A DNA stretch of 64,000 nucleotides from contig NC_057719.1 of the NCBI RefSeq assembly GCF_004010195.1, positions 92,184,814 through 92,248,813 of the forward strand, given 5' to 3'. How positions within the stretch are numbered: position 1 is the stretch's first letter; each line of letters opens with the position of its first letter. Under the pieces are notes generated by a model. The model was not told the origin of the DNA. It did no database searches and was given only the letters and a program-made list of their open reading frames with translations. This DNA is from Chiloscyllium plagiosum. Lineage: Eukaryota. Positions 13,095 through 26,060 of the stretch are shown here, piece after piece. A program made the position numbers and the translations under genes.

Positions 13095-13446
13095 AGGCTG
13101 TCACCTAGTAGTATTATTGCTGGATTGTTAATTCAGAGACCCAGATATCTCTGGGGACATGGGTTCGAATCTCGTCACAGCAGATGATGGAATTTGAATT
13201 CACTAAAAAGTCTGGAATGAAGAGTCTAACGATGACCATGAATCCATTGCTGATAGTTGTAAAACCCCATCTGGTTCACCAATGCCCTTTAGGGAAGGAA
13301 ACTGCCATCCTTACCTGGTCTAGACCACAGGTGACTCCAGACCCACAGCAATGTAGTTGACTCTGAACTGGCCTCTGGGCAATTAAGGATGGGCAGTAAA
13401 TGCTGGCTTAGCTAGTGATGCCCTCATCCTGTCAATGAATAAAAAC
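13095..13446 (+). mobile_element. tRNA-derived SINE (second family) sharing its 3' tail with the second LINE family
   Basis: B box GGTTCGAATC at ~13162; tail GGGCAATTAAGGATGGGCAGTAAATGCTGG resembles the LINE end at ~4328-4390; other copies at ~23775-24250 and ~28960-29280(-). Confidence 0.65.
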
Positions 13447-14834
13447 TTTGGGGAGGCACGGTGGCACAGTGGTTAGCACTGCTGCCTCACAACGCCAGGG
13501 ACCTGGGTTCAATTCCCGCCTCAGGCGACTGACTGTGTGGAGTTTGTACATTCTCCCCGTGTCTGCGTGGGTTTCCTCCGGGTGCTCCGGTTTCCTCCCA
13601 CAGTCCAAAGATGTGCAGGTCAGGTGAATTGGCCCTCCTAAATTGCCCATAGTGCTGGATGCATTAGTCAGGGGGTAAATATAGGGTAGAGGAATGGGTC
13701 TGGGTGGGTTACTCCTCGGACGGTTGGTGTGGACTTGTTGGGCCGAACGGCCTGTTTCCATGCTGTAGGGAATCTAATCTTAGAAAAAATTAATTTGAAA
13801 TTCTACCATGTTGTGATCACTATCTCCGAGAAGACCCTTAACCATGAGATCTCTTGTTAATCCTACCACATCACACATTACAAGATGTAAAACAGCCTTT
13901 TCCTGGGTAGGTTACTACAGTGTCCTGCCCTAAGACGCAATCCCTGATGTAGTTGACAAATTGTCTTCCATGTTGTCTTTGCCCATGTGATTGGTCCAGT
14001 CATTATGCAAATTGAAGTCACCCATAAAGTGCCCTTCTTGCATGCCTCGATTATTTCCTAATTTATACTTCCTCCTACAGTGAGGCAACTCTTTGTGCTG
14101 GATGGGTGGTGGGGGAGGAGGGGGTCTACAGACAACTCAGAACCATGGAATCCTACCCTTTCCATTCCTTATTTCCACCCAAATAGATTCCACTTTGTGA
14201 TATGATGCTCCACACTTTATCATCAGAGCTGCCCCACCTCTGTTTTGCTTGTCCTCCTGAGTATATGGTTCCCCTCCAGGGACACTCATTAAGTTGGAAC
14301 AGAGTCAGTCAGATGAGACAAATCCTCCTTCACTGCTCATTAACAGAGCAATAGGGACAGTAAAACTGGAACAATGTGAAAGCATTGAGGAGAGCGCAGA
14401 AACGGTTCCAGGAACTTCAGTGATGAGGGTAGATGGAAGAAGCTGGGTGTGTTGTCCTTGGGAGGAGATTTGATAGAGATTTTCAAAATCATAAGCAAGC
14501 TGGATAAAGTAATAGGGAGAAACTGTTCCAGTCTGCAGAATAAGGTTTAGACAGTAGATTTGGATCGGCTCAGGCTTGGAGGGCCGAAGGGCCTGTTCCT
14601 GGGCTGTACATTTTCTTTGTTCCTCGTAATAAGCGAAAATGAAGTGAGCAAAATCTTTTTCACACAGTGAGTAGTTAGGGTACAGAATGCACTGTCTGGA
14701 AACGCGGTGGAGGCAGGTTCAATAGGAGCATTCAAAGGGTCACTGGTACAAAGGTAATGGGGAAAATGCAGGAGATTGGCAGTGGATGACGAATCTCGTA
14801 CGACAAACTAGTGTGGGAATGACGGGCTAATAAA

Positions 14835-16130
14835 GTCATAGAGACATAGAGATGTACAGCACAGAAACAGACCCTTCGGTCAAAGCCGTCCATGCCAACC
14901 AGATATCCCAACCCAATCTAGTCCCACCTGCCAGCACCCGGCCCATATCCCTCCAAACTCTCCCTATTCATATATCCATCCAGATATCTTTTAAATGTTG
15001 CAATTGTACCAGCCTCCACCACTTCCTCTGGCAGCTCATTCTATATACGTACTACCCTCTGTATGAAAAGGTTGCCCCTTAGGTCTCTTTTATATCTTTC
15101 TCCTCTCACCCTAAACCTATGCCCTCTAGTTCTGGACTCCCCGACCCCAGGGAAAAGACCTTGTCTATTTATCCTATCCATGCCCCTCATAATTTTGTAA
15201 ATCTCTATAAGGTCACCCCTCAGCCTCCAATGCTCCAGGGAAAACAGCCCCAGCCTGCTCAGCCTCTCCCTGTAGCTCAGATCCTCCAACCCTGGCAACA
15301 TCCTTGTAAATCTTTTCTGAACCCTTTCAAGTTTCAACTCCATCTGCCACTTCTTAGCCCATTGGCCCATCTGGTCCAGATCCAGTTGTAATCTGAGGAA
15401 ACCCTCTTCGCTGTCCACTACACCTCCAATTTTGGTGTCATCTGCAAACATATTAACTGTACCTCTTATGCTCGCAACCAACTCATTTATGTAAATGATA
15501 AAAAGCAGAGGACCCAGCACCGATCCTTGTGGCACTCCACTGGTCACAGGCCTCCAGTCTGAAAAACAACCCTCCACCACCACCCTCTGTCTTCTACCTT
15601 TGAGCCAATTCTGTATCCAAGTTCTCCCTGTATTCCATCTAACCTTGCTAACCAGTCTCCCATGGGGAACCTTGTCGAACGCCTTACTGAAGTCCATATA
15701 GATCACATCTACCGCTCTGCCCTCATCAATCTTCTTTGTTACTTCTTCAAAAAACTCAATCAAGTTTGTGGGACATGATTTCCCACGCACATAGCCATGT
15801 TAACTATCCTGAATCAGTCCTTGCCTTTCCAAATATATGTACATCCTGTCCCTCAGGATTCCCTCCAACAACTTGCCCACCACAGAGGTCAGGCTCACTG
15901 GTCTATAGTTACCTGGCTTGTCTTTACCGCCCTTCTTAAACAGTGGCACCACGTTTGCCAACCTCCAGTCTTCCAGCACCTCACCTGTGACTATCGATGA
16001 TACAAATATCTCAGCAAGAGGCCCAGCAATCACTTCTTGAGCTTCTCGCAGAGTTCTCGGGTACACCTGATCAGGTCCTGGGGATATATCCACTTTTAAC
16101 CGTTTCAAGACATCCAGCACTTCCTCTTCC
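14835..16130 (-). mobile_element. CR1 LINE fragment (RT domain) with internal deletion
   Basis: [27 protein letters not shown] and FADD motifs in ORF 15041-15790. Confidence 0.92.
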
Positions 16131-16690
16131 TGTGCTGTAACACTCCCAAGAATGTGAGGCATGAAAGAATTGGTTGTACTGGCGTCCCCATCTTTAGGTC
16201 TACAGATCTCAAGTCTGTTGTTCCCAACCTAGGGATAGCCACGTTAGTCAGGCCCAGGAACATCCCTGTGGGGTGCTCCTCTATCTGTCCACTCTCCTCT
16301 GCACAGATCAGGGCAAAGCACAGGATTGAAGCACTGACCAGAAATCACAGAAAACAGTCCATCAAAACGGTGCAAGAGGGTTACAGTCTCCCACTCCTGG
16401 AATCCCGGACACGGAATTCCACTGTGGTACTTGGGGAGAGGTGATGGAAGGATGGGGAGTGAGTAACTCTGATGGTCTTGTCATTTCATAAATAAGAGAA
16501 GAGAGAAATGATTGACTGGGGATGAGTTAGCCTGGGCCGTTTGTCACCGTTAATCAGGTGACACCGGGTGGATTGTGGCTAAGAATAGGATCGAAGAGGA
16601 TCGAACGATGGTCCCTGGCACTGTGAGGCAGCGGTGCTAACCACTGAGCCACCACGTTGCATTTGAAGTTGTGATCTTTTTTTTCAAAAG

Positions 16691-16783
16691 GAACACCAAA
16701 CGCACAGTGGAGGTGTGGATGGATGACTACAAACAGTACTACTATGAAGCCAGGCCGTCGGCTGTGGGAAGGCCCTATGGAAA
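16691..16783 (+). CDS. GALNT16: GalNAc-T exon
   Basis: ttttcaaaag|G...GGAAA|gtaagc; encodes (R)[30 protein letters not shown](N); phases match neighbouring exons. Confidence 0.92.
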
Positions 16784-17384
16784 GTAAGCAGATGATATTC
16801 CTATCTATTCATTTTCCACTCGTATCTCCTGTTCCAGTCGAGCACCAGGTTACATCTCAAAGGGTTTCTCCAAAGTGGAGAGACCTTTATTCCCGAATAA
16901 TTCCACGTCCTCCCGGGTTCAGCAGTAAAGGGATTGGGATTAATTATCGTCATGGCACCATCGGGTATGGGCACGCAAGACAGAATACTCTTCCTCCAAG
17001 GTGCAACAGGGGCTTTAAAATTGCACGCCTCCGCTCCGAGGCAACACCTCCAGCAGTGCGGCACTCCCTCAGCACTGCGCTGTCAGCCTGGATTGTCAGT
17101 TCAGGTGGCTGACGTGGGTCTTAACCCTTGAGTGGGAGGGTAGACTGCACCCCACCAATGAGGCCTGGCTGGCAGGGGGTGGCCCATCACCAGCCGCCTG
17201 GGCCTCTCTCTCTCTCTGTATCAAGATACAAGGGCCTTGTGGATTTCTTTGCAACCTCTTCCATTGGGTGCACGTAAAACCAGGCCCTCTATGAGCCCGA
17301 GCGCAGTCTGCTTTCTCAACGGTTACATTCCCTTTGGATGAGCTGTGAGCCTGAAGAGGTTGAACTTAGCGCCGTCTGTTTCAG

Positions 17385-17468
17385 TGTTGCAGATCGCGTT
17401 CAGCTGCGGAAGAAGCTACAGTGCAAATCCTTTCAGTGGTACCTCCAAAACGTCTACCCGGAGCTCAG
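17385..17468 (+). CDS. GALNT16: GalNAc-T exon (end of catalytic domain/linker)
   Basis: tgtttcag|T...CTCAG|gtagga; encodes [27 protein letters not shown](R), with the conserved CKSFxWYLxNVYPEL motif. Confidence 0.92.
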
Positions 17469-19724
17469 GTAGGAATGCCTCCGGCTTCCAATGGCAGTCA
17501 TTTCCCCCCTGTCTCCACCCGGACTCCGTTTCTGAGAATGATGAAGTTCGTGAGGGCGGAGCTTGTTAAAAATACAGGTTAAAAATCACGGATATGCAAG
17601 TTTGCCCACAGGCGTGGAATTTTGTCGGTATTAATTTTTTTTGCAGATAGGGAAATTTGTGAGTTATGATACAGAGGGTTTACAGTTTCTATCTCCCTTG
17701 CCATTGATGAGGTTTATAATTCTCAACCATCCTTCCCATATAACAGCGACAATGTGGACTCAAGATAAATCATGTAATTGCTACAGGGCAAACACAGGCC
17801 ATGCGGTCCTAAACAACCCTTCGAATGGCCCACCCAGACACTAGCCCCATATTTACCAGGGCTAATCTACCTAACCTGCACATTCCTGGATGCTAACGGG
17901 TCAATTTACTCTGGCCATTCCACTTAACCTGCACATCTTTGGGCTGTGGGAGGAAACGGGAGCACCCAGAGGAAACCCACACAGACACGGGGAGAATGCG
18001 CAAACTCCACACACAGAGTGGCCCGAGGCTGGAATCGAACCCCAATCCCTGGTGCTGTGAGGTAGCAGTGCTAACCACTGAGCCACCATGGAGCACCACC
18101 AACAGGACATATCCCTTGATATCATTAGTCCCCAGAACCCCACCCATTTCTGTCTTGTACTGTTCAATGGCTGAGTCGGCACAGCCCTCCAGGATAGAGA
18201 ACTCTGCAGATTCACCAACCTCTGAGTGAAGAAATCTCTCCACATCTCGCTCCTAAATGGCTATCCCTTATCCTGAGATGACACCTAGGGAAGCGTCCAC
18301 AGTCACACTCTGTCGGAGCTTTGTAAGTTTCAGTGAGGTCGGCTTTCATTTGTCAAAACTCGACAGCGTACAGTCCCGGTCTCCTCAATCTCTCCTCATC
18401 CACCATCTCGGGTGGATTAATATGGTGAATCACTAATGCATTCCTTCTGAGGCCAGGATGTCCTTCCTTAGATAACAGGCCCAAAGCCATACACAGTACT
18501 CCAGGTGTGGTCTCACTAAGGCTCTCTACAACTGTACTCCTGTTCTCCAATCCCCTTGTGATGAAACCAATGTGGCATTCACCCTTCCTAGTGCTTGCTG
18601 TACTCCATGCTAACTTCCAGCGACTCATGAACAAGGACACCAAAAGCTTTAGAACGCCTGCATTGCCCAACCTCACTCCATTTAATAAGTATTCTGCCTT
18701 TCTGTTTTTTTTTCTACAAAGTGAACTGTGTCACAACCAGTGGAGAGTTTACCCCCCCCCCCCCGATACTCATTAATGATATCCATTGACTCCAGTTTTG
18801 TTCGGGCTCCTGGATGCTACACTCGGTCGACTGCAGCCTTGATGTCAGGGGCTGTCACTCTCCCCTCCCCTCTGGAATTCAGCTCTTTTGTCCATGTTTG
18901 GACCAATGAGGTCAGGAGCTGAGTGGCCTCTGACACAGCCCAAACTGAGCAAGTTTATTGGTGATCAGGTGTTGATGTTTGCATAATGTTTCGCCCCGTT
19001 CACTAGTCCTCAACTGCTGAAGCAGTCCATGTCCGTATGCAGCCAAATCTGGACAAATATACAGATTTGGGCTAACAAGTGGCAAGTAACATTCATGCCA
19101 GGCAACAATCATCTCCAATAAGAGGCAATCTAACCATGGCCCCTTGAAGTTCAATGGTATTGCCATCACTAAATCCCCCGCTATCAACATCCAATTGGCC
19201 AGAAACTGACCTGGACTAGGCACATAAATACACCAGCTACAACAGCAGGAAGACTCCACCAACCCACCATCTACAAGACACAGGTCAGGAGTGTGATGGA
19301 GTACAGAGGAACCTCAATTATCCGAATAACATGAGCGGGGAGTATTTTGTTTGGATAATTGACATTTGGATAATCGAGGTTCCTCTGTACTCCCCACTTG
19401 CGATGGGTGTGGCTCCAACAACACTCAAAAAGCTTGACACCATCCAGGACAAAGCAGCCCACTTGATTGGTACCACATCCACAAACCTTCAGTCCCTCCA
19501 CCTCCGTCGCTGTTGTAGTACTATCTACAAGATGCGCTGCAGAAATTCACCAAGACTCCTTAGATAGCTCACCTTCTCCTAGGCACAGGCCCCCAAATGT
19601 TGGCCTTGCCGTTGACCCATGAATGAAATAAAATTAAGATACTCCAAGTGCTGACTTCTGTTCAGTTTGCCATGAGCGAGTGGCTTACTTTATCTGGTTT
19701 TCACATCTTTATTTTTAACTGCAG

Positions 19725-19869
19725 AATTCCAGAAAAGCAGGCATCCGAAACAGTTGTGCTGAGACAGAGAGGGAAGTGCATGCAATCTCAGGCCCTTTAC
19801 AAGACAGACGATACCATCATTGGCCTGGGGCAGTGCACTGAGACACTAAGCAGCATTCCCTACAGCCAG
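19725..19869 (+). CDS. GALNT16: GalNAc-T exon (ricin-B lectin alpha repeat)
   Basis: taactgcag|A...AGCCAG|gtgaga; encodes IPEKQASETVVLRQRGKCMQSQALYKTDDTIIGLGQCTETLSSIPYSQ; phase 2 to phase 0 fits. Confidence 0.85.
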
Positions 19870-21498
19870 GTGAGAAGCAAGAAACCAGTGGCCTTGTTTC
19901 CTCAAGAGCAACTTGTGTTTATGTGATGTCTTTAAGGTCTTATGAGGAGAGGGACTTGACGCTGTTTTCATTGGAGAGAAGAAGGTTGAGAGGTGACTTA
20001 AAATTGAGACGTATAAAATAATCAGAGGGTTAGATAGGGTTGGACAGTGAAAGCCTTTTTCCTCGGATGGTGATGGCTAGCATGAGGGGGCGTAGCTTTA
20101 AATTGAGGGGTGGTAGATATAGGAGGGATGTCAAAGGTAGTTCCTTTACTCAGAGAGTAGTAGGGGTGTGGAACACCCTGCCTGCAACAGTAGTAGACTT
20201 GCCAACATTAAGGGCATTTGAATGGTCATTGGATAAACATAAGGATGAAAATGGAATAGTATAGGTTAGACAGGCTTCAGATTGGTTCCACGGGTCAGCG
20301 CAACATCGAGGGCCGAAGGGCCTGTACTGCGCTGGAATGTTCTATGTTCTGTGTTCTGTAACACCGGTACAACTGGATTGTTCTCTAACCTGGTTTGACA
20401 CTGAGCCACAATGAAAGGTGTTTTTATGGCAGGTAACCGAAAGGTATTAAGGAATATACTAAAAAATTAGACAGTTTCAGCGGGGAATTCCAGAGCTTGG
20501 GGATCTCGGCATCTGAAAGCGCAGCCACGAATGGTAGAGCGGTGAAAAATCTGGGCTGCCGGAATTGGAGAAGCTCGGATATGTTCGGAAGGTTGCCGGG
20601 CCAGAGGGAGATTACTCAGGTCGGGAGAGGTGAGGTAGTGAGGGAGTTGCAGACTTGTAAAACAGAGAGAGAGGTCACTGGAGCAGGAACTAATGTACGT
20701 CACAAGGTGGTGGGTGAATGGCACTTGGCTTCCTGAGGGGTAACACGTCAATGAGGAGTTGTAAGGGAGTCAAGAATAAGATCTTGGAGGCAGGAAAGGC
20801 AACCATTGTAGGTCACACACACCTTTCTTATCTATCTTAGCAAGTGTAAAGGTATTGGAAGCAGGTTAGAGGAGGACTACTACCTGGAATGAAGGTAAGC
20901 TGGACAGGCTGAGCTTGTTTCTACTGGAGTTTAGAAGATTGGGCGGTGACTTTATGAATCCTGAAAGGTCTTAAGGCGGCTGGCTAAAGGATGGTTCCTC
21001 TTGCGGATCAGGCCAGACGTAGTTTGAATGTGAGGAGTCCCTCTGGCAGGACAGAGGTAAGACCATTTCTCTCTGATGGTTGTGAGACTGAAGGCTGAGG
21101 TAGATCGATTCTTGTTTGACCGGGGAATGAAAGGTTACCAGAGGGATGCGAAATTTGACCCACAGTCGATCAGTTCCAATGGCGGCGTTGGGGAGAGGAG
21201 TGCTTCGAGGGGCCGAATGGTCTACTTGTGTTCCTGTTTTGTTCGCTGCTGCTGTCAGAATGGAACCAGGTGAGACCGGTGTCACACAGTTGGAGGAGGA
21301 TGGTCTGGTTCACATTGTGATCGGCGATGTTGAGAAAGACAAGGAGGGCAAGTTTACCTCAAAATTTGTGATTCACAGGGCAACGTAATCACACTGACCT
21401 TGAATGATTTTGTTAATATTTCCCAGTTTGCTTCCATCCCCTCTCTGATGGAATTGAACGGATGTGATTGGATTTTTGGATGTTTTGATGATTTGCAG

Positions 21499-21615
21499 GA
21501 ATGGCTGTTCTCTGGGGGACAGATCAAGCAGCAGGACAAGTGCGTGGCAATTTCAAACTTCTCCATAGCTTCCCAAGTTGTACTCGAACCGTGTAACCAG
21601 GAGGACGGCAGACAG
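21499..21615 (+). CDS. GALNT16: GalNAc-T exon (ricin-B lectin beta repeat)
   Basis: atttgcag|GAA...AGACAG|gtgaga; encodes EWLFSGGQIKQQDKCVAISNFSIASQVVLEPCNQEDGRQ. Confidence 0.9.
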
Positions 21616-22818
21616 GTGAGAACGGGGACTTGTGCACCTGCAGGAACTCCGCTGGCGGGACTCAGGGGTTGGGGCAGGGAGCTCAGTCCTGTTCACGGCC
21701 GGTCTCGACCCTTTATCCCCAACGCCCCCGCTCTCCTGCAGCACAACACTGTTTATGACTCTGGGAACGGAGTCCGTGTTAAAGTGGGGAAACGCACAGG
21801 ATCTGTTTGTGCGGTCTTGCTGCGTGCAAAGTGATTAACAATCGTCCTGTGTGTGATAAGTGCCTGATAATCAGGGACGGATGAACTCTGTGGGTTCATT
21901 TATTGAACACAGTAAAACACATTACAAAGTAATGAAGCAGACATGGCAGCTGACTTGTCTGTGCGTGCAGCTCGCAGACACCAAGCAGGTGAGCAGTCAG
22001 GCAGGGTCACAACAACACAGCACAGGAAGTCCTTTAAAGGTGAGCTCTCTTTAGGGCAAGGTACACGGCCAACGATGAGCAAATCATCTGTGTTTCGGTC
22101 AGTCGATTGAAAGACAAGCGTTGGCCAAACCACAAGGGAGAACTGGCCTTTGCTTTGTGGAGTGGAACTGAGAGGGAAGATGGCATCTCCGACGTTGCAG
22201 CATTCCCTCAGGACTGCACCTTTGTGCTCTTGTCTCCAGAGTTATGACAGGAACCCACGATTTCTGTCTCAGCTACGTTTGTCACTCAACAGTCCAGAGA
22301 TTGCCCCTTCTGATATTCACTGAGCAAGCCAAAATTGGGCGAGGGTTAATTCAACAACAAGCATAATGCATTCTCCAAAATAAATCTTGGAAAGTGTGAG
22401 GGGTCATCTAAAAAATAGAGAATCAAGAGTCATTATTAACTGGTTTGCGTATGTCTTTGTGATAATGCAAGGAAGTAGGGCAGCTTATTCCTTGCAATAT
22501 TAGGGATACTTCAGGCTTAAAACATGCTGAAACATTCAAATTATTAACAGAAACCATGTGGGCAGGAACTCCAAATGTTCGCCTGGGGTTTATGTTGACA
22601 ATAAAACATCCCATCACAACAGCAGCAGCAACGGTCAGACAGCAGGGGACACATTTAAAGGCTTCAACTTACAATGGAAAATGGTTACTTAGCGGGGAAA
22701 CTGAACTGTAAACATCAGCAGGGATCACTGCTTATTCTAGCTCCAGAAGCACCCGGCAGTGTTTCCTTCAGGCTTCCCGGCCCATCTGCCAAATGGTCTC
22801 CTGCACACATGGAACTGA

Positions 22819-23026
22819 AGTAACACCACCAAGGCTGGTATCCCGTCATCAAGTCACCCTTTATATACATGGGAAGGGTCCTTGAGACTGATCGAGCTTC
22901 CTCAGTGCCAGCCCCTCAGTGTGAGCAGACACTCCTGTTCTTATCTGGTCCCTGATTAACAGCCCCAGTCACGGAACGTCATGCCCCCATGAGGTCCCCC
23001 TGGCTGACCTTATTACAATCATTACA
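22819..23026. mobile_element. Possible short (~200 bp) solo LTR
   Basis: (A)GTAAC...ATTACA termini; resembles a short shark LTR family from memory; no clear TSD. Confidence 0.35.
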
Positions 23027-25254
23027 GGAGCACAGTGAGGTTCGACTCCCCCACCTCCTCCAATTCCACCAAAACCCATTCACTCTCAGGGCGTGAACAC
23101 CACCCATGAGCAACGTTACCCACGAAAGCCGTGCAACAGCCACAAAGCCAACCAAAACAGAGGCATCATACAGGCCGGCCCCTTTAAATTACACAACAGG
23201 AGGCCACGCAACGGAATTAAAGGGTTCCATGTTGGAACAAATTGGCTATGTACTTCCTCCTCTGCCATTTAAGGATGTGTTGCTGACAAGGCTGGCATTT
23301 GTCAGCCAACCCTTGAGATGTTTCGTGATAGTGAGGGCCACCTGGCCACTTCAGAACACATTAGATTAGATTAGATTCCCTACAGTGTGGAAACAGGCCC
23401 TTCGGCCCAACCAGTCCACACCGACCCTCCGAAGAGTAACCCACCCAGTCCCATTCCCCTCTGACTAATGCGCCTAACACTATGGGCAATTTAGCATGGC
23501 CAATCCACCCTGACCTGCACATCTTTGGGATTGTGGGAGGAAACCGGAGCAAACCCACACAGACACGGGGAGAATGTGCAAACTCCGCACAGACAGTTGC
23601 CCGAGGCTGGAATTGAATCCCGGTCCCTGGTGCTGTGAGGCAGCAGTGCTAACCACTGAGCCACCGTGCCACCCCTAATGCTTTAGTATCCTATCGTAAA
23701 CCTGGCGAACAAAATGCTACTGATCTCAGATCTTAAAAGCTTAAAAATGATAACGCTTACTGTTTATGGGCGGGAAAACGGTGGTAATGTCGCTAAACTA
23801 GCCACTGGCCCAGGGTAATACTCTGCAGGTATAGGTCCAAATCCCACTAATTGAATTTAAATCCACCTGGTATTTAATCTGGAATTAAAAAGCTAGTTGT
23901 GAACACCCATCTGGTTCACTAATGTCTTTTCGAGACGGAAATCATCATCCAGGCTGCTTTCATGTGACTTCACATCAATGGCAATGTGCTTGCCACTTAA
24001 CTGTCCTCTGAAATGATTATAGAATCACAGAGAGACTCAGAAGGAGACCACTCAGCCCATCATTACCCGTACTGGCACGTTAAGTGAGCATCATTACCTC
24101 ATGCCAACCTCCTGCTTTCTGCCCATACCCTTGCACACTATTTTGATCCAAATGTTCCTCCTCTTGACTGCCTTAAGTTCAAGAACAATTAGAGACAGGC
24201 AACAAACGCTGGCCTTGCCCGAGACGCCCACGCCCCACGAAAGGATAAAGGAAAGTTACCACATTTCTTATCAGCCTTATCATGAAGGAGTGCCTCCTGA
24301 CCTCAGCTTCTCAATGGCTTGGCTTGGACTTCCAACTGACTTCCATTCCTGATGAAGGGCTTTTGCCCGAAACATCGATTTTCCTGCTCCTCGGATGCTG
24401 CCTGACCTGCTGTGCTTTTCCAGCACTACTCTAATCTTGACTCTAATCTCCAGCATCTGCAGTGCCCACTTTCGCCTCTTTCATGACCCTTTGTCCTAGA
24501 CTCTCTCTCACCAGTGCAGAAGTGTTTCTTTTCTTCCAGCTTACTAGTTTGTTTCAAAAACCGAAATATATCACTCCAATCATTGTAACTGCCTCTGTCC
24601 AAGAGTACAAACTGAGTATGTGTACACACACCTCACAACCTAACCTTTAAAATCTTACTAACGTTATTGTTAAGTCTGAAGGCCTAAGAAATCATAGAGC
24701 ATGGAAACAACTCGTGACCCAGCTTCGATCCCAGCATCGGGCGACTGTCTGTGTGGAGATTGCACATTCTCCCCGTGTCTGCGTGGGTTTCCTCCGGGTG
24801 CTCCGGTTTCCTCCCACAGTCCAAAGATGTGCAGGTTAGGTGAACCGATTTATGCTGAATTGTCCCAAAGTATTCAGGGATGTGTAGGTTAGGTGGATTA
24901 GTTAGGGGGTAAATGTAGAGTAATAGGGGAGGGGAATGGGTTTAGGTGGGAAACTCTTCAGAGGGTTGGTGTGGACTTGGTAGGCCGAAGGGCCTGTCTC
25001 CAAACTGTGGGGATTCTAAGTTTGTCCATGCCAGCAAGATTTCCTAAACTGACTGAGTCCCATTTGGCTGTGTTTGCCCCATATCCCTCTAAACCTTTCC
25101 TATTCATTTACCCGTCCAAATGTCTTTTAAATGTTGCCTCTCCCACTTCCTCTGGCAGTTCATTCCCTATACACACCACCTTCTGTGTGAACAGGTTGCC
25201 CTTCATCCTTTTCAAATCTTTCTTCTCTCACCTATGCCCTCTGTGATTTAGGGA

Positions 25255-25448
25255 TGTCGGTGTGGGACTGGGGTGTACTAAGTTAAAAATCACACAATGC
25301 CAGGTTACAGTCCAACAGGTTTAATTGGAAGCACTAGCTTTCGGAGCGCTGCTCCTTCATCAGGTGGTTGTGAAGAAGCAGCGCTCTGAAAGCTAGTGCT
25401 TCCAAATAAACCTATTGGACTATAACCTGGTGAGTGTGATTTTTAACT
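25255..25448 (-). mobile_element. Fold-back Penelope-derived element, third family
   Basis: Inverted arms; minus strand CAC-CTGATGA-A-GGAGC-AGC-GCTCC-GAAA-GCTA-GTG at 25332-25366; decayed relatives at ~12985-13050 and ~53580-53868. Confidence 0.8.
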
Positions 25449-25843
25449 AGACCCTCTAGTTTTGGACTCCCCAACCCTTGAGAAAAGACCTTGGCTATTC
25501 ACCTGATCAATTTGTATAAGATCATCCCTCAACCTCCTACGCTCCAGGGAAAAGGAGTCCCAGTCTATCCAATCTGTCCTTACGTCTCAAACCTGATAAT
25601 ATCCTTGTAAACGTTTTCTGCACCCTTTCTACTGTCCTGACTTGTCCTGAGTGCTCCACATATGATCTAACCAGGGCTTTGCATCTGTGTATAGCAACAT
25701 TCTCTTCTTTCTATGTCCATTCCTTTGTTCTATGCAACCCAAGTGGATAATGTGGTCAAGGGGCAGATGGCACGCTTGTCTTCACCAGTTTGGGCACAGA
25801 GTAGAAACGTTGACAAGTCATGTTGCAGCTCTCTAGAACTTTA

Positions 25844-26060
25844 TGGATTAGTGGTGCTGGAAGAGCACAGCTGTTCAGGCAGCATCCAAGGAGCTTCGAA
25901 ATCGACGTTTCGGGCAAAAGCCCTTCATCAGGATCCTGATGAAGGGCTTTTGCCCGAAACGTCGATTTCGAAGCTCCTTGGATGCTGCCTGAACTGCTGT
26001 GCTCTTCCAGCACCACTAATCCAGAATCTGGTTTCCAGCATCTGCAGTCATTGTCTTTAC
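25844..26060 (+). mobile_element. Fold-back Penelope-derived short element with hammerhead core
   Basis: 180-bp palindrome 25844-26023 centred on GGATCC; TSD CTCTCTAGAACTTTA at 25829-25843 and 26061-26075. Confidence 0.9.
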
